Assembly (NCBI RefSeq): GCF_041146345.1
Contig: NW_027191409.1
Span: 930,001 to 994,000, forward strand
Direction: 5' to 3'
Length of the DNA: 64,000 nucleotides
Origin: Neodothiora populina
Lineage: Eukaryota
Shown: piece after piece, positions 13,847 through 27,733 of the stretch
Position numbering within the stretch: the first letter of the stretch is position 1
Layout of the letters: each line of letters begins with the position of its first letter
Program-made: the position numbers and the translations under genes
Notes under the pieces: model-generated
Told to the model about the DNA's origin: nothing
What the model saw: only the letters and a program-made list of their open reading frames with translations
Databases searched by the model: none

Positions 13847-14960
13847 ATGATGAAGACGGTCATGAACAGCCGTGTATGGCTCCATATGTTGCTCGCTAGC
13901 ATCGTGTGTGCTCGGCAGCACATCGACTATGCTGCGCGTAATCTCGACACCATCTCGAAAATCTACAATCTGACCGTATACCCAAACAACTTACCCATCG
14001 TGCAGCATGGGGCTGCGGCCGTCCCCCCGGGTCTCTTCAACGTCAACGCGACTGGCCGTGTCACCCCACTGGGCAACTTTACGGGCTTTGACGACTCTGT
14101 AGAGTACTTCTTTGCGTTGGCACCTCTTCCACAAGCAAACGGTGCGGGTGTGGGATTCTATGAAGCCGAGGTCGTCGAATTCACCTCTGGTTGTCCAGAA
14201 GTTGCGGCCTCGGTCGTGTACCTGCGGTCCGGACAAGTGAACCAAACGACAGGTGCCTTCATCGCCAGTCCATTCACGACCACTTTGAAGCAGGTAGGTA
14301 GCATCTTCTGGATCATCAATTACCTCATCAATCATGAGGGTACCAGGTTCCGAGGCAGCATCCCACCGGACCTGCTGATCTGGATGATATTGGTGTCCGA
14401 TACTAAAAGCATACATAGGTCGCCTTTTGGAACTTTGATGAGGATGGCCTCGTCCTCAAGTATGATGCATGGATTCCAAATCTCCAGGCTTATACAAGAG
14501 TGGGCACAGGAGTGGATTTCAGCAACGTAACAGTCCAACAAGGTGCTGCCACCGGCCTTTGTCCAGTAATACAGCAGCGCTGCACTGAAAGCAATCAGCA
14601 ATACTCGGATGTTGCGACATGTATTGAAGAGCTGGATGCAAAACCCTTCGGCAACTTCGACGAAGCTTGGGGCGATAACCTAGCTTGCCGTACCATTCAT
14701 CTTATCCTGACTCAGGTCAGACCAGAGGTGAGTGCAAGACGAAACTGATGCGCCTCACGAGTAGAGATTAAGTACTCACATAGGTCCACTGTCCCCACGT
14801 TGGCCCGAATGGAGGTAATGGTCCTGATAACTACAAATGCGTTGATATCGACTATAGCGTGCTTTATTTCAATGATCCACAGCTTTTTGGGCAGCCTGAG
14901 GGCCAGCCCTTCACGTGCCATGGTCATGGCTATCGTTCGAGGAGATGGGACGACCAGTAA
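13847..14960 (+). CDS. Secreted fungal hypothetical protein with Cys-containing C-terminal region
   Basis: Signal-peptide-like N-terminus (VWLHMLLASIVCA), IYNLTVYPNN and GRVTPLGNF..EYFFALAP motifs. Introns ~14294-14418 and ~14728-14783. The last exon VHCPHVGP..C ends at TAA 14958-14960. Confidence 0.8.
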
Positions 14961-16181
14961 AGTCTCTCGCGCGACAGCTTGCAATGTCGGGAAGAACTAA
15001 CAAGGCGTTCTCGATGACTATGTATGTATTGTTCGGTACATAAAGCTGTACAAGATGAATGTCGGACGCATTCATGTTCTCAGATATTGTTGTGTATGGT
15101 CGAATCCCTTGGGCATACATATCCTTGGCGAATATTTAGCTACCCACAATCCTACTTGGGTCCGGCGAACCCTCCCGAGTAAGGTGCCATACCATGACTA
15201 CGGAATGACTATTGACCAAAGATCTGTCAGAGGCAGCAGATGAGACACGCACAGGATTCAGGAACGAGGTGCAAGGGATGTGCGAGCAGTGGCGACATTA
15301 GATTGATGATGTGACAGCAGCGTCCGAGCACGTTTCACCATATTCTGGAAAAGACAAGGAAAGCCGTTTGGAGAAGATATGGCAGGATGGGGTAATTTGT
15401 TGATGTTGACTTGAACATTGTGTACACGTGGACCGTGCAAAGGGAGATTCGGCTTTAGCTGCGACGTGCCGGCCGACACTTGAAATCAGCAAGACCTTTT
15501 GGTCAGAATGGCTGAGACGGAAGCCTGACTTGGGGGCGGGAGACGGGGGTTTGTGTGGGAGTCGTTGGCGCTACGGTACTCTGTGCAATCTCAGGTTTCC
15601 AGAGAGAAACTTATAGCCACTCATTCTCACCTCGACGGAGTTTTTTACTTGTATCAGCCGCACTTTCTCTCTCTCCACGAAGGGTTCTGCTGCTGCCTAC
15701 CGTACCGTACCAAGAAAGAGTCAAACCTGCCCAACCACAGAAACAAGATATTATTGTTGCAGTAACAACGGAAAGTACGAGAACACCAGCGTCTTTCTGT
15801 TTTCGTGTTCTATTCTCTGCTTGACTCTACTTTTCCCCCCTGCTGCTCTATCTAACGCAGTGTCTACATCATAGCCACGTTTTCCACCAAACGACTAGTA
15901 CAGTAGGCTGTGTCGGTACTGTACAGTATATTCAGCCGAGCTACCAACCCGAGTACTTTACCTCCTTGATTGGCCCCCCCAGCAGATACAAGTAAGCAAA
16001 CAAGACACAAACGTAACCCTCAACGCCAAGCTTAAGGTGTGCCTTGATCCATCTTCGCCCATCACCGAACCGCACCTCGCGCGTTCGATACCATCGTCCA
16101 CGCCCTTTTGCCCACCTCTCATCTCACCTCTATTGCCATTTGTTTTCCGACAGCTCCCTCACGTACTAATTGACTGTCAAG

Positions 16182-17195
16182 ATGGCGGAAATCCGACGTA
16201 AGCTTGTCATTGTCGGTGATGGTGCCTGTGGAAAGACCTGTCTCCTCATGTGAGTAGCAACAATAGCAACAACCACCATGCATCTGTCGATGCTTTGTCC
16301 TTTGCCGTCGACATCATCATCATCATCACGGATTCATTGACTAACAGACACACAGTGTGTTCTCCAAGGGTACCTTCCCTGAGGTTCGTTAACAACTCTC
16401 TCTCGTGTGCCCCCCGTCATGTGGCCCTCGTTGTCGTCGTCTCGTCGCCGCCCCCAAAAGCGCGATAAGCGCCTCCTGAGTCGACTGCGACGACGTAATC
16501 ACCGCCACCGACAGCTCAACCACCTCCCATCTCCACCACTACTGTCTACCTTGGCATTTGTACTAGAAAGTGACTGACTTTTCTCTCCGAAGGTCTACGT
16601 CCCCACCGTTTTCGAGAACTATGTCGCCGATGTCGAAGTCGATGGAAAGCACGTCGAGCTGGCCCTTTGGGATACTGCTGGCCAGGAAGATTACGACAGA
16701 CTGAGACCTCTCTCATACCCTGACTCTCACGTCATCCTCATCTGCTTTGCTGTCGATTCCCCCGACTCATTGGACAACGTGCAGGAGAAGGTATGGCTAT
16801 CGTCCACGTGCGCTCTTCTGATTTGCTCGCGTGCTGACATGACCATCGTAGTGGATCTCTGAGGTTCTCCACTTCTGCCAGGGCCTTCCCATCATCCTCG
16901 TTGGATGCAAGAAGGATCTCCGACACGATCCTAAGACCATTGAGGAGCTACACAAGACGTCTCAAACTCCCGTCACCGAGGAGCAGGTACGCTTCGTCCC
17001 TGCCATCAAGTCGTCTGTAGAGATACTGACAAGAGCAAACAGGCAAGACAAGTCAAGGACAAGATCGGCGCCAAGGAGTACATTGAGTGCTCAGCCAAGA
17101 CCAACGAGGGTGTCAGAGAGGTCTTCGAGCACGCCACTCGTGCTGCTCTCACCACCAGGAAGGAGAGGAAGAAGCCCAAGTGCCTCATCCTCTAA
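16182..17195 (+). CDS. RHO1: Rho1 small GTPase
   Basis: Not captured as one ORF. Exons 16182-16249, 16356-16383, 16593-16790, 16852-16986 and 17043-17195 give [57 protein letters not shown] and end in the CAAX box CLIL. Confidence 0.97.
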
Positions 17196-19386
17196 GCGGG
17201 CACACGAGCGCCAACTTGATTCTAGACTTGGAAAAAGGTTGAGCGGTCCTGCAACCCGAGCGACACTGGTGCTTCTCGTCTTGAACGCTCGAGTCTTTCC
17301 TCTTGTCTCGGCGCAGACGGGTCACAAAGGTTGACCGGCTGGGGTGAGACGGAGCTTGCACATGCCTCCAACATAAACCTTGGTTCTGCAATACGTGGCG
17401 TTGGGACTGGAGTTTCTTGGTTGCTGCATCTTTTTTCCTTATAATCGCCAGAGACACTTCACACACCTGGGCGGCTCTCAGAGCGATGCGATGGTGGAGT
17501 CGGCAAGGACACGAAGCTGATGCACACTCTTCCTTTCGCACCAAACCTCCCCACCCCCCATCTTTCAACTCCCTTCCCATCGTGGGAGAGTGAGATGCCC
17601 TATATCTCCATCACGTTTTCAATACGCGCCGTCGAGGTCATATCCCCTTTCTTCTCTTACCCATTGGTGTCCCCCCTTTCCAGTCGCGCCGCGCATTGAG
17701 ATCGGTGTAATACTTGTTATAGGCGTCAATGAAATACCTTTTTTGCATCCATTCTTGCATCGAGTCTTTGCACTTCGTCTGCACTGCACACGTCGTGGAT
17801 TGAATTTGCGAATCACGAAGCGAGTACGGGGCAGTAGCATGTGAAAGATACAGTAGGCATCCCTGATCAGACCCTCTTTGACTGATCGCCAATGGAGTCA
17901 ATTATTTATGGAAGCGGTGAGTGAAATGAGAATGTGACACGTGAGTTCTGTGCTCCTCACACGATGGCTTGAGTACAGTAACTACTTCTTGGTATACATA
18001 TAGGCTTCAGCGAACCTGCGCCTACTACGAAAAGCGGGACGTGGTCCAGCGAGAGCATTCGGCAAGAGAAGGCGAGTTGAGACAACAATAACGAGGGCCA
18101 CTTATTCGCTTCTCGAGCAACACGCAATGATCGATCTGTCGCTATCATCAAGAGGGGCCATCTTGTGATTTGCAACGGTTGCGCAGACAGTGGCCGCGGC
18201 CAGCGGCGACAGCGGGTACAATTGGGAGGGGGGAAGACTAAAGGTACATGGAGAACGACGTAATGGGTCATCGGCATTCAAGGCATGTACCCTACATTGC
18301 TGTACACAACCATAGGACAAATAAGGTATACGACAAACTCTGACAAGGACATTGCTTTGGTGTTATTTACAACATATGTGTAGACTTGTCTCTGGACAAG
18401 GTAGGACTTGTGGACGAGCACCACGTATTCATGCAATAGGCAATCGCACAGGTAGAAGTGGTAATAGATGGTCAAACAAAAGGGTCCATGAAGAAAGCTG
18501 GCAGCCTGGACTCCGTTAGAGCCTTTTTCCTCACTTTTCCTCACACCTTGACACATGTCAAGGCGGGACTGGATAGCGTCACCGTACTGCCTGCGCAACG
18601 CTTGCCTGGAGCTAAGGCGATGCGCACGGGTCAGAGTCCCTACCTTAGTTGAGTTGCAAGGTTCAGACCATTGCACTGTTTTGCGCCGTCCCCAGCATCA
18701 CTTGCTTCGTGTCGCAATACTCAATTCGCTTCAAATTCATTTTCTGGCAATCGTCACCCGAACCGTCTACCCTACCGTACCTGCCCTCTTTTCCCGCGTG
18801 AGGTCTCTCGCTCCTGCATAGATCCTTCCCATAATTGCATTTTACACATTTCGGTCCCGAGGGCGTTGATCCCGACTGTCTCTTGCTTCTTTCTCTTGTT
18901 CTTCTCAACCTCTTCTGCGTCTTTAGTTCTAGCACTTGCACAACCCGTTCGCTCTCTCTCTCACCATCTTCTCTCCTCTCTTGCGCAACATGTACCTCAT
19001 CAATAATCCCACCACCCGCAAGCTCTCGCGATGCGGCTTGCTGTAGCCGGCTGACCTTTTTGGTGCGTCGGTCTATAGCAGCGCCCGAGTCCCATCCATC
19101 TGCTAATCATCTCCGTCACTGCCTTAGGCCTGAGGTTGCAACTGACCTTTCGACACTCAAGTCTATTGCACTGCCGGGCAGGGTTCACTGAGCGCAGCGC
19201 GATATATAAATACATTGCTGGACTTCAGCTTTGATCCACCGTATACTTTCTGATATTGGAACATTTCTCAATGCAGTAGATACGCACACGACACATAACA
19301 GAACATCCAGTCGACCCCATCATCGACTCTCTGTGTCCGACCTGCCTGCTTGCTTCTGGCTTGGCCCCTCTGATTGTCATGGCGCG

Positions 19387-20314
19387 ACACCAAGGCAGTG
19401 TCGTCATGTCTCAAACTGAAACGGTCGAGTGCAAGGTGGAGAAGGTCGGCAAAGTGGACAAGGCGACAACACGTGAGGATTCATCATGTCAACCAGCTCT
19501 GTCCGACACGTCAAATACCAAACCATGCAACGAGGCGCAAGTGGGCGCGGTTCAAGCTGTTGGTACCAACATCATCCTTAAGGACCAGGAGTCTTCGCCT
19601 GATCCAGGTCTTGTTCAGCAGGCGGTGGAGAACGTTGTTCCAAAGCTGAAGATTGGCCCTCCACCCCAACGTCTGCGCATGAGTGTGCCCCCTCTCAACT
19701 TTGGCGCAGTCGACGATGCATCAATATACCGAAGCGGGTATCCCAAACCCGAGAACTTCAGTTTCCTGCAGGGTCTGAAGTTGAAGACTATTCTTACGCT
19801 TGTACCCGAGCCCTTGTCCGCCGAGTATCTCTCCTTTGTCCATGAGAACGGCATCCGCCATGTTCAGATACACATTCCAGCCAACAAGGACGGTATCATC
19901 AACATCACCCAGAAGCGAATGTGCATGGCTTTGTCCGTGGTGTTGGAGCGCAAGAACCACCCCTTGCTCATCCACTGCAACAGGGGCAAGCATCGCACAG
20001 GATGTGTGGTGGCATGCTTGCGCAAGATTCAGCAATCCGCCCCCATCGGTCATCACAACGACAAGAATGATGACATTGTCGCCGAATACCGTGACTATTC
20101 ACACCCCAAATGTCGCGACGACGACATGGCCTTCATCCGATCATTTGATCCCTCGGCGCTGTACGCTTATGCATCATCAAAGGGATGGCCAGTCACTCCT
20201 CCTCCAGAACCCAGCAATGAGAAATGGGCGGATCAAGAGGACGCACTGGAGTTCTCGCTGGTCGACATTGCTTCGATGAAGGTTCCAGAAGAGCCGGACG
20301 ATTCAAGCTTGTAA
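19387..20314 (+). CDS. SIW14: Siw14/Oca1-family atypical dual-specificity (inositol pyrophosphate-type) phosphatase
   Basis: PPLNFGAV..IYRSGYP..NFSFL..LKLKTILTL and catalytic HCNRGKHRTG. The exact start is uncertain (ATG at 19379, 19407 or nearby). Confidence 0.8.
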
Positions 20315-21458
20315 TAAATACACGCCAAACGCGAATAGAGAAAAATCAAAAAGAGCCAGGAATTTCATCGGGGTCTGCACTCTTGATTCCGGCGTCTTGC
20401 TCGGCCGATACGAGGCATCGCTTGTTTTCTTGTACATATAGATTCTTTCTTTTTTGTTATAATGTCCCGGCTAGGTCAAAGCCAGGGGACATCGGAGCAT
20501 TGGGCGTCCTAGGACTCTACAAGTGGACAACAACGGGACGGAGGACGGTCTCTCGAGTTGTCGAGTCATGGTGGCCTTTTTTTTTCTTATGTCTTGTTCT
20601 CTTCCCCTCTAACCCGCATTATTGTCTTCACATGGAGTGGATACTTCTGTCGGTCCCGAACAATGCGTTGCATCACTGGTTGGGCCTGGTCATGGCGAAA
20701 CAGAGAAAAGGGAAACTAGCGTCGGCGCTCAAGAGGAGTTTTTTTTTGAGTTTTCGTTTAGGTTGATTGATCGATTGATTGATTGTGTATCATATCATTG
20801 TCCTCATCTGCCTCTTTTGCTTCTTCTTTTAGCGTTGGGACTGCTACTAATACTGTTTTCTTCTGTCCTGATGAACTAGGGGTTTCGAGGAGAGTTAATG
20901 AAATGGTAAGAGGAAGGGGCGAACGAGTGCACGCAGCTGGGAAGGAAAGGAAAGGGACAGGTGTGTGGCGTGAGTGGATGGATGGAATAGAGAGAAAGGG
21001 AGGACGACAGACAAAAGATAGTTCTTGAATTTTCCTGTGTCGTATCATATCACTAAGGCTGCTTGAGGTATATGGAGAGACAGAAATAAAAAGAGCATAT
21101 AATTGTCCCTCGAGACTTGATCGATTGATAAAAGGAACACTCAAGTCCATATCGTACATTGTTCTCGTCTCTACACACTCGACTCGAGAGCTGATCCGCA
21201 TGTACATTGTTATGTGGTCTGCTTTTGTGACATGTTGTCGTCAGAGGCCATTATCCTCCCCTTGTGCCGACTTGGTGATTAGTTCCCATCTAGTAAATCC
21301 GACCCGATCCGACGCCGCCCGAGAAACGCCTGCGCTAAAACGATCATGACAAGAAAGAAAGTAGGTGTCATCTGATGGACGATTATTCTCGCTTGTGAGA
21401 AAACAAAAGATGAAGGGTACGTCAGTGCGACAGGAAAAAGAAGGAAAGAGAGAAGAGA

Positions 21459-21816
21459 TCAAGACATTTCCGTATCTCCATCGTCATCTCTGCTCGTATC
21501 CCGATGCTGTTGTTGTTGTTCATGTTGGATGAAATCCAGAAAGATGGAGTCGTAGTCTTCGTCATCCTCGTCGTCGCTTTCGTTCAACGCCGTGTTACCC
21601 AGGTCGCCAGGACGAGAAGGCAATGCCGACTTCTCCATCATTTCGACGAGTGCTTGTAGCTCTGCTTGTTCTTGTGCTAATATGGCTTCTGCTTCCGAGT
21701 CTCCTGCTGCTCCTTGTGTGCGCATACTGCTGGTGACCAATGAGGAAGAAAATGTAGGTTCGGACGAACAAGGTACGGCGGTGTAGTAGGAGGCATTCTC
21801 TTGCTCGGCGTCGTCG

Positions 21817-21848
<32 letters not shown>

Positions 21849-22540
21849 GTCAGAAGCAGGATCAGACGATACCGAAGGCGCGAGTCTTGCTTGTTCTGCT
21901 TCCCATCGTGCTTTTTCTGATTTGTAGTCTAGACGCGCCATCTGGGTTTGGAAGAAAGTCAGTGAGTTGTTCGGTTGGGGAAGAGAGAGAAATGAAATCG
22001 TACATCTTCGACCCTGTTGCCCCATCTCGCGTCGTCTCTTTCCTGTCGCACTTTCTTGAGGAAGATGTCTCGTCGGCGCTCTCGAAGGGCGTCCGGGCGT
22101 TGCGCGCTCGAGGGAGCCGACTTGATGGGTCTTTTTGAGAAGGGCAACGGAGATTGTCTAGGCGAATAGGACGAGGGAGGCGAGCTGAACGGCCCGCCTG
22201 CTGCTGCTGCTGCTGCCGAAGTCGACTGAGGAGGAAGAGGAGAAGACGCAGCAGTGCGAGTAGGCGTGCTCGGTGAATCGGCCGTGTGTTGGGAAGGCGA
22301 TTGTGGACATGTTTCTGGGAACAGTGGAGACGAAAAGGGATTCATGTTTATACACGGCTGTTGGTGTTGGAATTGATCGAGTCTCGCTCTTCCATTGGTG
22401 CTTCTGCGCGGTGAAAGAGGACTCGGAATCGCAGGAAGGAACGAGTGGTGCTGGCTGTGGTGGTGGTGGTGGTGGTGGTGGTGTGGTTGTAGTGGCGCGT
22501 AGTCGCTGGTGGTCGAGGTAAAGTACGAGGTCGCTAGCAT
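21459..22540 (-). CDS. Low-complexity hypothetical protein (RERRRDIFLKKVRQ..RW motif, acidic tail)
   Basis: Two ORFs joined by an intron (gtacga..ctgac..cag, ~21942-22004). Contains poly-His, poly-Ala and poly-Asp runs. Confidence 0.75.
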
Positions 22541-24866
22541 TGTCGAGGGTCTTCTATTCTGGTCGCCCTAATGGATTTAAATGTAGATGTGAAAGTCATG
22601 CGGTCGCGAAGAAGAATGCATGACAACTATGGAATAGCGAGTGAGAGAGAGAAAGAGAGAAGGTGCGATAAGAACATGATCAGCTTATCGTCAATCGTCT
22701 CCCCACACTGACACTGCACTGACAACCTCGACGCGTTCCTGACGCGACTTGACTCGCGACTTGTGTATTGGTATAACGTGCTTTATGCATCTGTCTTCTC
22801 ATGCACGATGCATTAAAACCCCACATCGCCAGCTCGCTTCTTTCTCATAATTTACTCTACCTTTGCCTATTCGCACAGACTTCGCTACCGATAGATTATC
22901 AACACACTGTATTAAGTGGGTTCTTCATCGCTTGTGCTGCACTTTCCGCCCGTGTGTGTGCTTTCTGCACTGCACCTGTGCTGTCTGTCCGTGTCCCCGT
23001 GTCCCAGAGCTCCTCGCTTGTCTGTCTCCCTCCCTTGGATGTACAGTAAATCACTGTTGATCAAGGTACCATGACGGCATTTCGACATCACAACATGCTC
23101 TCGATGAAATTAATGACGAGGCCTTTGTGTGGTTTTGGTCTGGTATAACGACATCCCTTGGTACGTGTTGACGCTTCGAGAGCAAGATTGACCGTCGAGC
23201 GATCAGTCGTCAGGTTTTAGATGATGGAAGGGGGCAGGGGCGAGTGGTTGCAATGACAAGCGAGACGAAAGCGAGGTATGTGTCTTCTTTGCCTTTCTAC
23301 TGCTCTGCCCTTGTTGTTGTATCATTATGATGAGAAAAACTTCATACATGTCATCAACCCCTCGAAATCTCATACAAAGAATAATGAGACTACGTGATAG
23401 ATTCTGAATGGCACATAACTCGTCCTCGTTCATACACACACAGACTCGTGCTTATGGACATCGGTGCTGACTGTTGTGGATATAGCATAGCATAGCATAC
23501 ATGACTCGAGGCTTCGATTACAGAATTACTCGATCCATAGAAACATCTCGTTATACTTCAGATCAACATTGCTTCTGCCCTCGACTATGTGATTCAAACC
23601 TACGCCCGTTTGTCATGACCAAAGAAGAGAAATATCATGATATGACTTGTTCCAAATAAACCCCATCATTCCCACATCATACATCTCCCCCTTCTCACAT
23701 TATATATACACATATATGTATGTATGTAACAATCTATCTATGCATTCGCGTATGAATCCAGACCTGGTCCTCTACTGTACCATTGCACGTAGTCATCGTG
23801 TCCTTCTCTCCGCCTTGCCCCATTATCTCTTCATGTTGATACTATCGCAACTCAAGTCTACCTTATCCGCACATAACGGCAAGTCCATAAGAAAGAGCAC
23901 AAGATCATGCCGTACCATCAGAAGAGAAAAATCAAGGTGCAATTGTCATGTTCGCTATAATCTGTTTGTTGCCTGAAGTTTGAGAGATTCCAAAACCTTC
24001 CCCATTGGTGTTGAGTCCCCTTGTTTCTGTCAAGTTGCTGCCAGCTTATGCAGAAGAGAGTAGCAGCGGCAGATCTCGTTGTTGTTGTTCTCCCATCCCT
24101 CTCTTCTCTCTCTTTTTGCCCCGCTCTCTGAACCCCTTTTCGCGCACTTCAGGATACCCTTGGAAAATATGAATATCACCTTCCCCAGGATTTCGTTTTC
24201 CCTCCCTTGTAGATGCTAAGACAATAGATATTACAACGAAGCCTATTAACCAGGGTCAAACCCTCCGCACCTGTCCGTTCATCTCACAAGAAGAATAAGT
24301 CCGAGGCGCCGATATCATGGCCGTCCAATCTAGCTGCGCTGGTTCTCCTATGCGTGATGGCGATGGCTATGGAAAAAAAACAAGGAGAGAAGAAAAAGAC
24401 ATAATGAAAAGTCTGGAGGAAGACAAGATGCAAAGGAATGGCCCAAAGAGTTTAGAAAAACAAAGAAAAAACGCCGTGATGCGGAAGATGCTTGGTCGTC
24501 CTCCGATCGACCTTTTCTGAGGTGACATGCCGATGCCGGAAACTTTAGAATATTTACGCGCGCCAGCCGGAGCGAACACTAACGAGACATATCGCTGAGT
24601 CCTCGGGGAAGACCAAGACCGAATCATCCGTTCAATCGAACCTCTCGACCGCGGGTTGGAAAGCATATAAAAATCGTGAGCCAGGAACAAGGCCAATTCA
24701 CTCTATGAACAGGTGGGATGGAAAGTGGTTGCATCAAGTCGAATGCGGCCAGAAAGGAAAGGTTGCAGAATTGCATCGCAATAAGTAATCCAAGCAGGCC
24801 CGGTTCAGGCTCCAGACGGAAGTTGAATATCCTGCTAGAGTCGTATCCGACCGGGGATTCGGCTCC

Positions 24867-27733
24867 TTAAAACATGCCTGGGGCCAGACGAGGGCCGAGG
24901 CTGCTCGAACTGCTGTGCGCGGATGCTTCGAAATCTATGGGTGCTGAGCGGTTGCTATCACCACTCCCCGCGCTAGCGCTCGCGGAACCTGTCAGACTGC
25001 GTACTTGTGGGCCGCTTTTAGGTGGATAAAGTGTGCTCACCCCAACTTGTTGTTCGACGTGTTGCGGTACAACTACGTTACCATTTCCTTGTGGAGGCTG
25101 ACGAGGCGGGGGTGGTCCCCGTGAAGCGCCAGGAGGAGAAGGTCTGCCGTTCATCGGAACTCCATTTGGTGGGTGTCCGTTGGGGGGCCCCATTGGGTGT
25201 CCGTTGGGAGGGCCCATTGGGTGTCCGTTGGGAGGGCCCATTGGGTGTCCGTTGGGAGGGCCCATTGGGCGACCGGGAGGACCAAACGGCCCACGCGGAG
25301 GCCCAAGAGGATTACCAGGAGATTTACTGCCACGACGAGCCATCTGAGGGAAGGGTCCACCAGGGCCTTGTTGAAGTTCGTTGAGACGCTCGGCGGTGAG
25401 AGAATTTGTCCTTGATTCGTGACCCAAATTGGCGCGGTCAACGTTACCGTACCTGTCGGAAGAGTAGCCTAGCAGTGCGTTGTTCATGATGGAATCGTGC
25501 AGACCTGGGACGTCGTCCATGAGGCGAGCACTGACTCGTTGTGGGGCTCTCGGTCGACCGAACATACCCCTGCCACCTCTGCCGTGCGGTCCATTCATCT
25601 CGGGATTGTTACGAAGCTGGTTGGCACTTGGGGCCCTTCTGGTCCTCTTGGAGGTGACGCTCATCATGTCGAAATTGTCTGGATCGATCGCGGGGACGTG
25701 TCTTCCCGATGCCATGGGGTCAAAGTAATCTTCGCCATCCTCATCCTCGTCGTCGAAGCCGCCACCAGCATGGGACGCAGGAGGTGGAGGATGCATGCGC
25801 CGACCCATTCCGGGACCTGGACCCATACCTCCACCCATTCCACCCATCTGTCTCATACCATATTCCTGCTCTCTAAGGGCGAGCTCTCGTTGACGTAGCA
25901 TAAGCTCCCGTTCTCTGAGGGCAAGCTCTCCAGATGAGCCAGGGGTTCTGGAACCTTCGGGATACGGACCGCCGTCGGGTAGAGCGCCGTCCACTCCGTC
26001 GTACAGCATTAAGTGACTGAACTCTTCTAGATCGTTGCCTTCGGTGGATCCGCGGCGCTGTTGAGGTGGAGGTGGCCCGCGAGAGCCGTTGCCGTTCATG
26101 GTTCTCGGTGGGTATCCATTCATTGACGGACCTCTCCTAACTTGTGGTGGAGCACCACCCATCGACGGCGCCCTGCTTCCGGGCCTCATCCCACCTCTTC
26201 CCATGGGTCCAGGCATTGGGCCATTCATCATAGGACCGCGAGGGCCAGGACCCGGTCCAGCTCGGGGTGTACCCGCTCCTGGCTGGGGGGAATGCTGTGG
26301 CCGGCTCTGGTTGACAATGTTGGCGTGGTGAAGAAGCGCGTACAGAGTCTCGATTCGCGGCACAGAGACGCCAGCGTCCTGAGCAAGCTTCATAGGCGAA
26401 CCAAGAAAAGTCTCGATCTCCAGGGGGCGGCGAGCTGTAAAGTCTTGGTACATGGTGCTAGGTGCCGAGGGAGGTTGAATCATTGCCTCCATGGTCTGTT
26501 CACGGAAGTCTTGAGGGAAGGAGCAGCCCTGCGCGGCTGCTAACGTGAGGAGTTCGTCGATGATACCGACGATCAACGAGCGTGCGCCCGTCTTCTCCAG
26601 TAGTTCGGCGTGGTTAGGTGTCTCAAAGAGTACACTTACAGGGTGGAAAGCGATCGGTCTGTGTTGATTTGATCAGCTGGTTGTCGTCAATGATTGTGAA
26701 TGCGATACATACCCGATCATTCTTTCGTATTGCTGTTGTCTAATGTTGGGCGAAACTTTACAGTCGACCTGTCCAGAACTCAACGTCATAGCAAGCGCCT
26801 CTGCCATATCTGATTGTATCGACTCCGGGATGGAAGGGTTCTTGTTTGCAGGGCCAACCCAGACCTCACTCGATCCTTTGTGTTCGAACTCGCTGGCGCC
26901 TGTCTGGCCGAGCTCAGCACCGGAGACCAGTGAAAGTACGACGTTGGTGGGAAACCTCTGTTCTAGGTAGGACTCGACGCCGAGTGAATGTGTGGTGTTG
27001 ACAAGGATGCATGTGTGCTGAGGTGCTACGACCGACTCGATGATCGAGGCAATGTCGTAAACGTCGGGTAGTGCTTTGACGCAAAGCAGTACATAATCAA
27101 AAGGTGCCTTTGCTGTCTTTGCGGCTTCGTCCGGACTTTTCACAACTACATGACATGTGTCAGCGCTTCCTTCGGGCCAGAGTAAGGAGACGTCGTCGCG
27201 TCGAGAGGTATGATGGCGAACACATACCTTGTCTCGGCTTGAACCTTTCATTGCCGAATGTCGTCGACCTGAGCAAAAGGTGTAGGGTCAGCGATGAGCC
27301 ATGAAAGCGATGTCATACCAAGGGCGTATACATACTTGAATGATAGTCCATATTGTGCGACGGCATCGAATCCGTTCTTCCATACTAACGTCACGTCGCA
27401 GGCATTTGTCGCTGACAGCCTCCATGATAGGAAGGCCGAGACTGCGTTCCCACCCACTGATATCACATTGGTCAGCTGCGTGTTATCCATCATGTATATG
27501 CGATACACTTGTGGGCAAACAACGAGAGAGAAAACAACAATAAAACACTTGAAAATTGCCCAGATCGAACTGTCAAGGCCGACGACATGACATGATTGGG
27601 GATGTAATATTTGCTGAGCTAGAAAAGTGGAGCTCCGGGAGCCGCAAAACAGTAGCTCCGTCGCAGAAATGCAGTGTTTGATTATCCTTTACTGACCTGA
27701 TAGAATGCGTAGCCGGGGGGTAGTCGGCGTCAT
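24867..27733 (-). CDS. Ketopantoate reductase (ApbA/PanE)-family protein with long G/P/M/R-rich tail, Svl3/Pam1-like
   Basis: Exon 1 MTPTTPRLRILS splices to VGGNAVSAFLSWRL. Further motifs FDYVLLCVKALPDVYD and STMYQDFTARRPLEIE are followed by a disordered tail. Confidence 0.85.
25171..25269 (-). repeat. 24-bp coding tandem repeat, ~4 copies (PMGPPNGH)
   Basis: gggtgtccgttgggagggcccatt repeated four times, nearly perfect. Confidence 0.9.
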
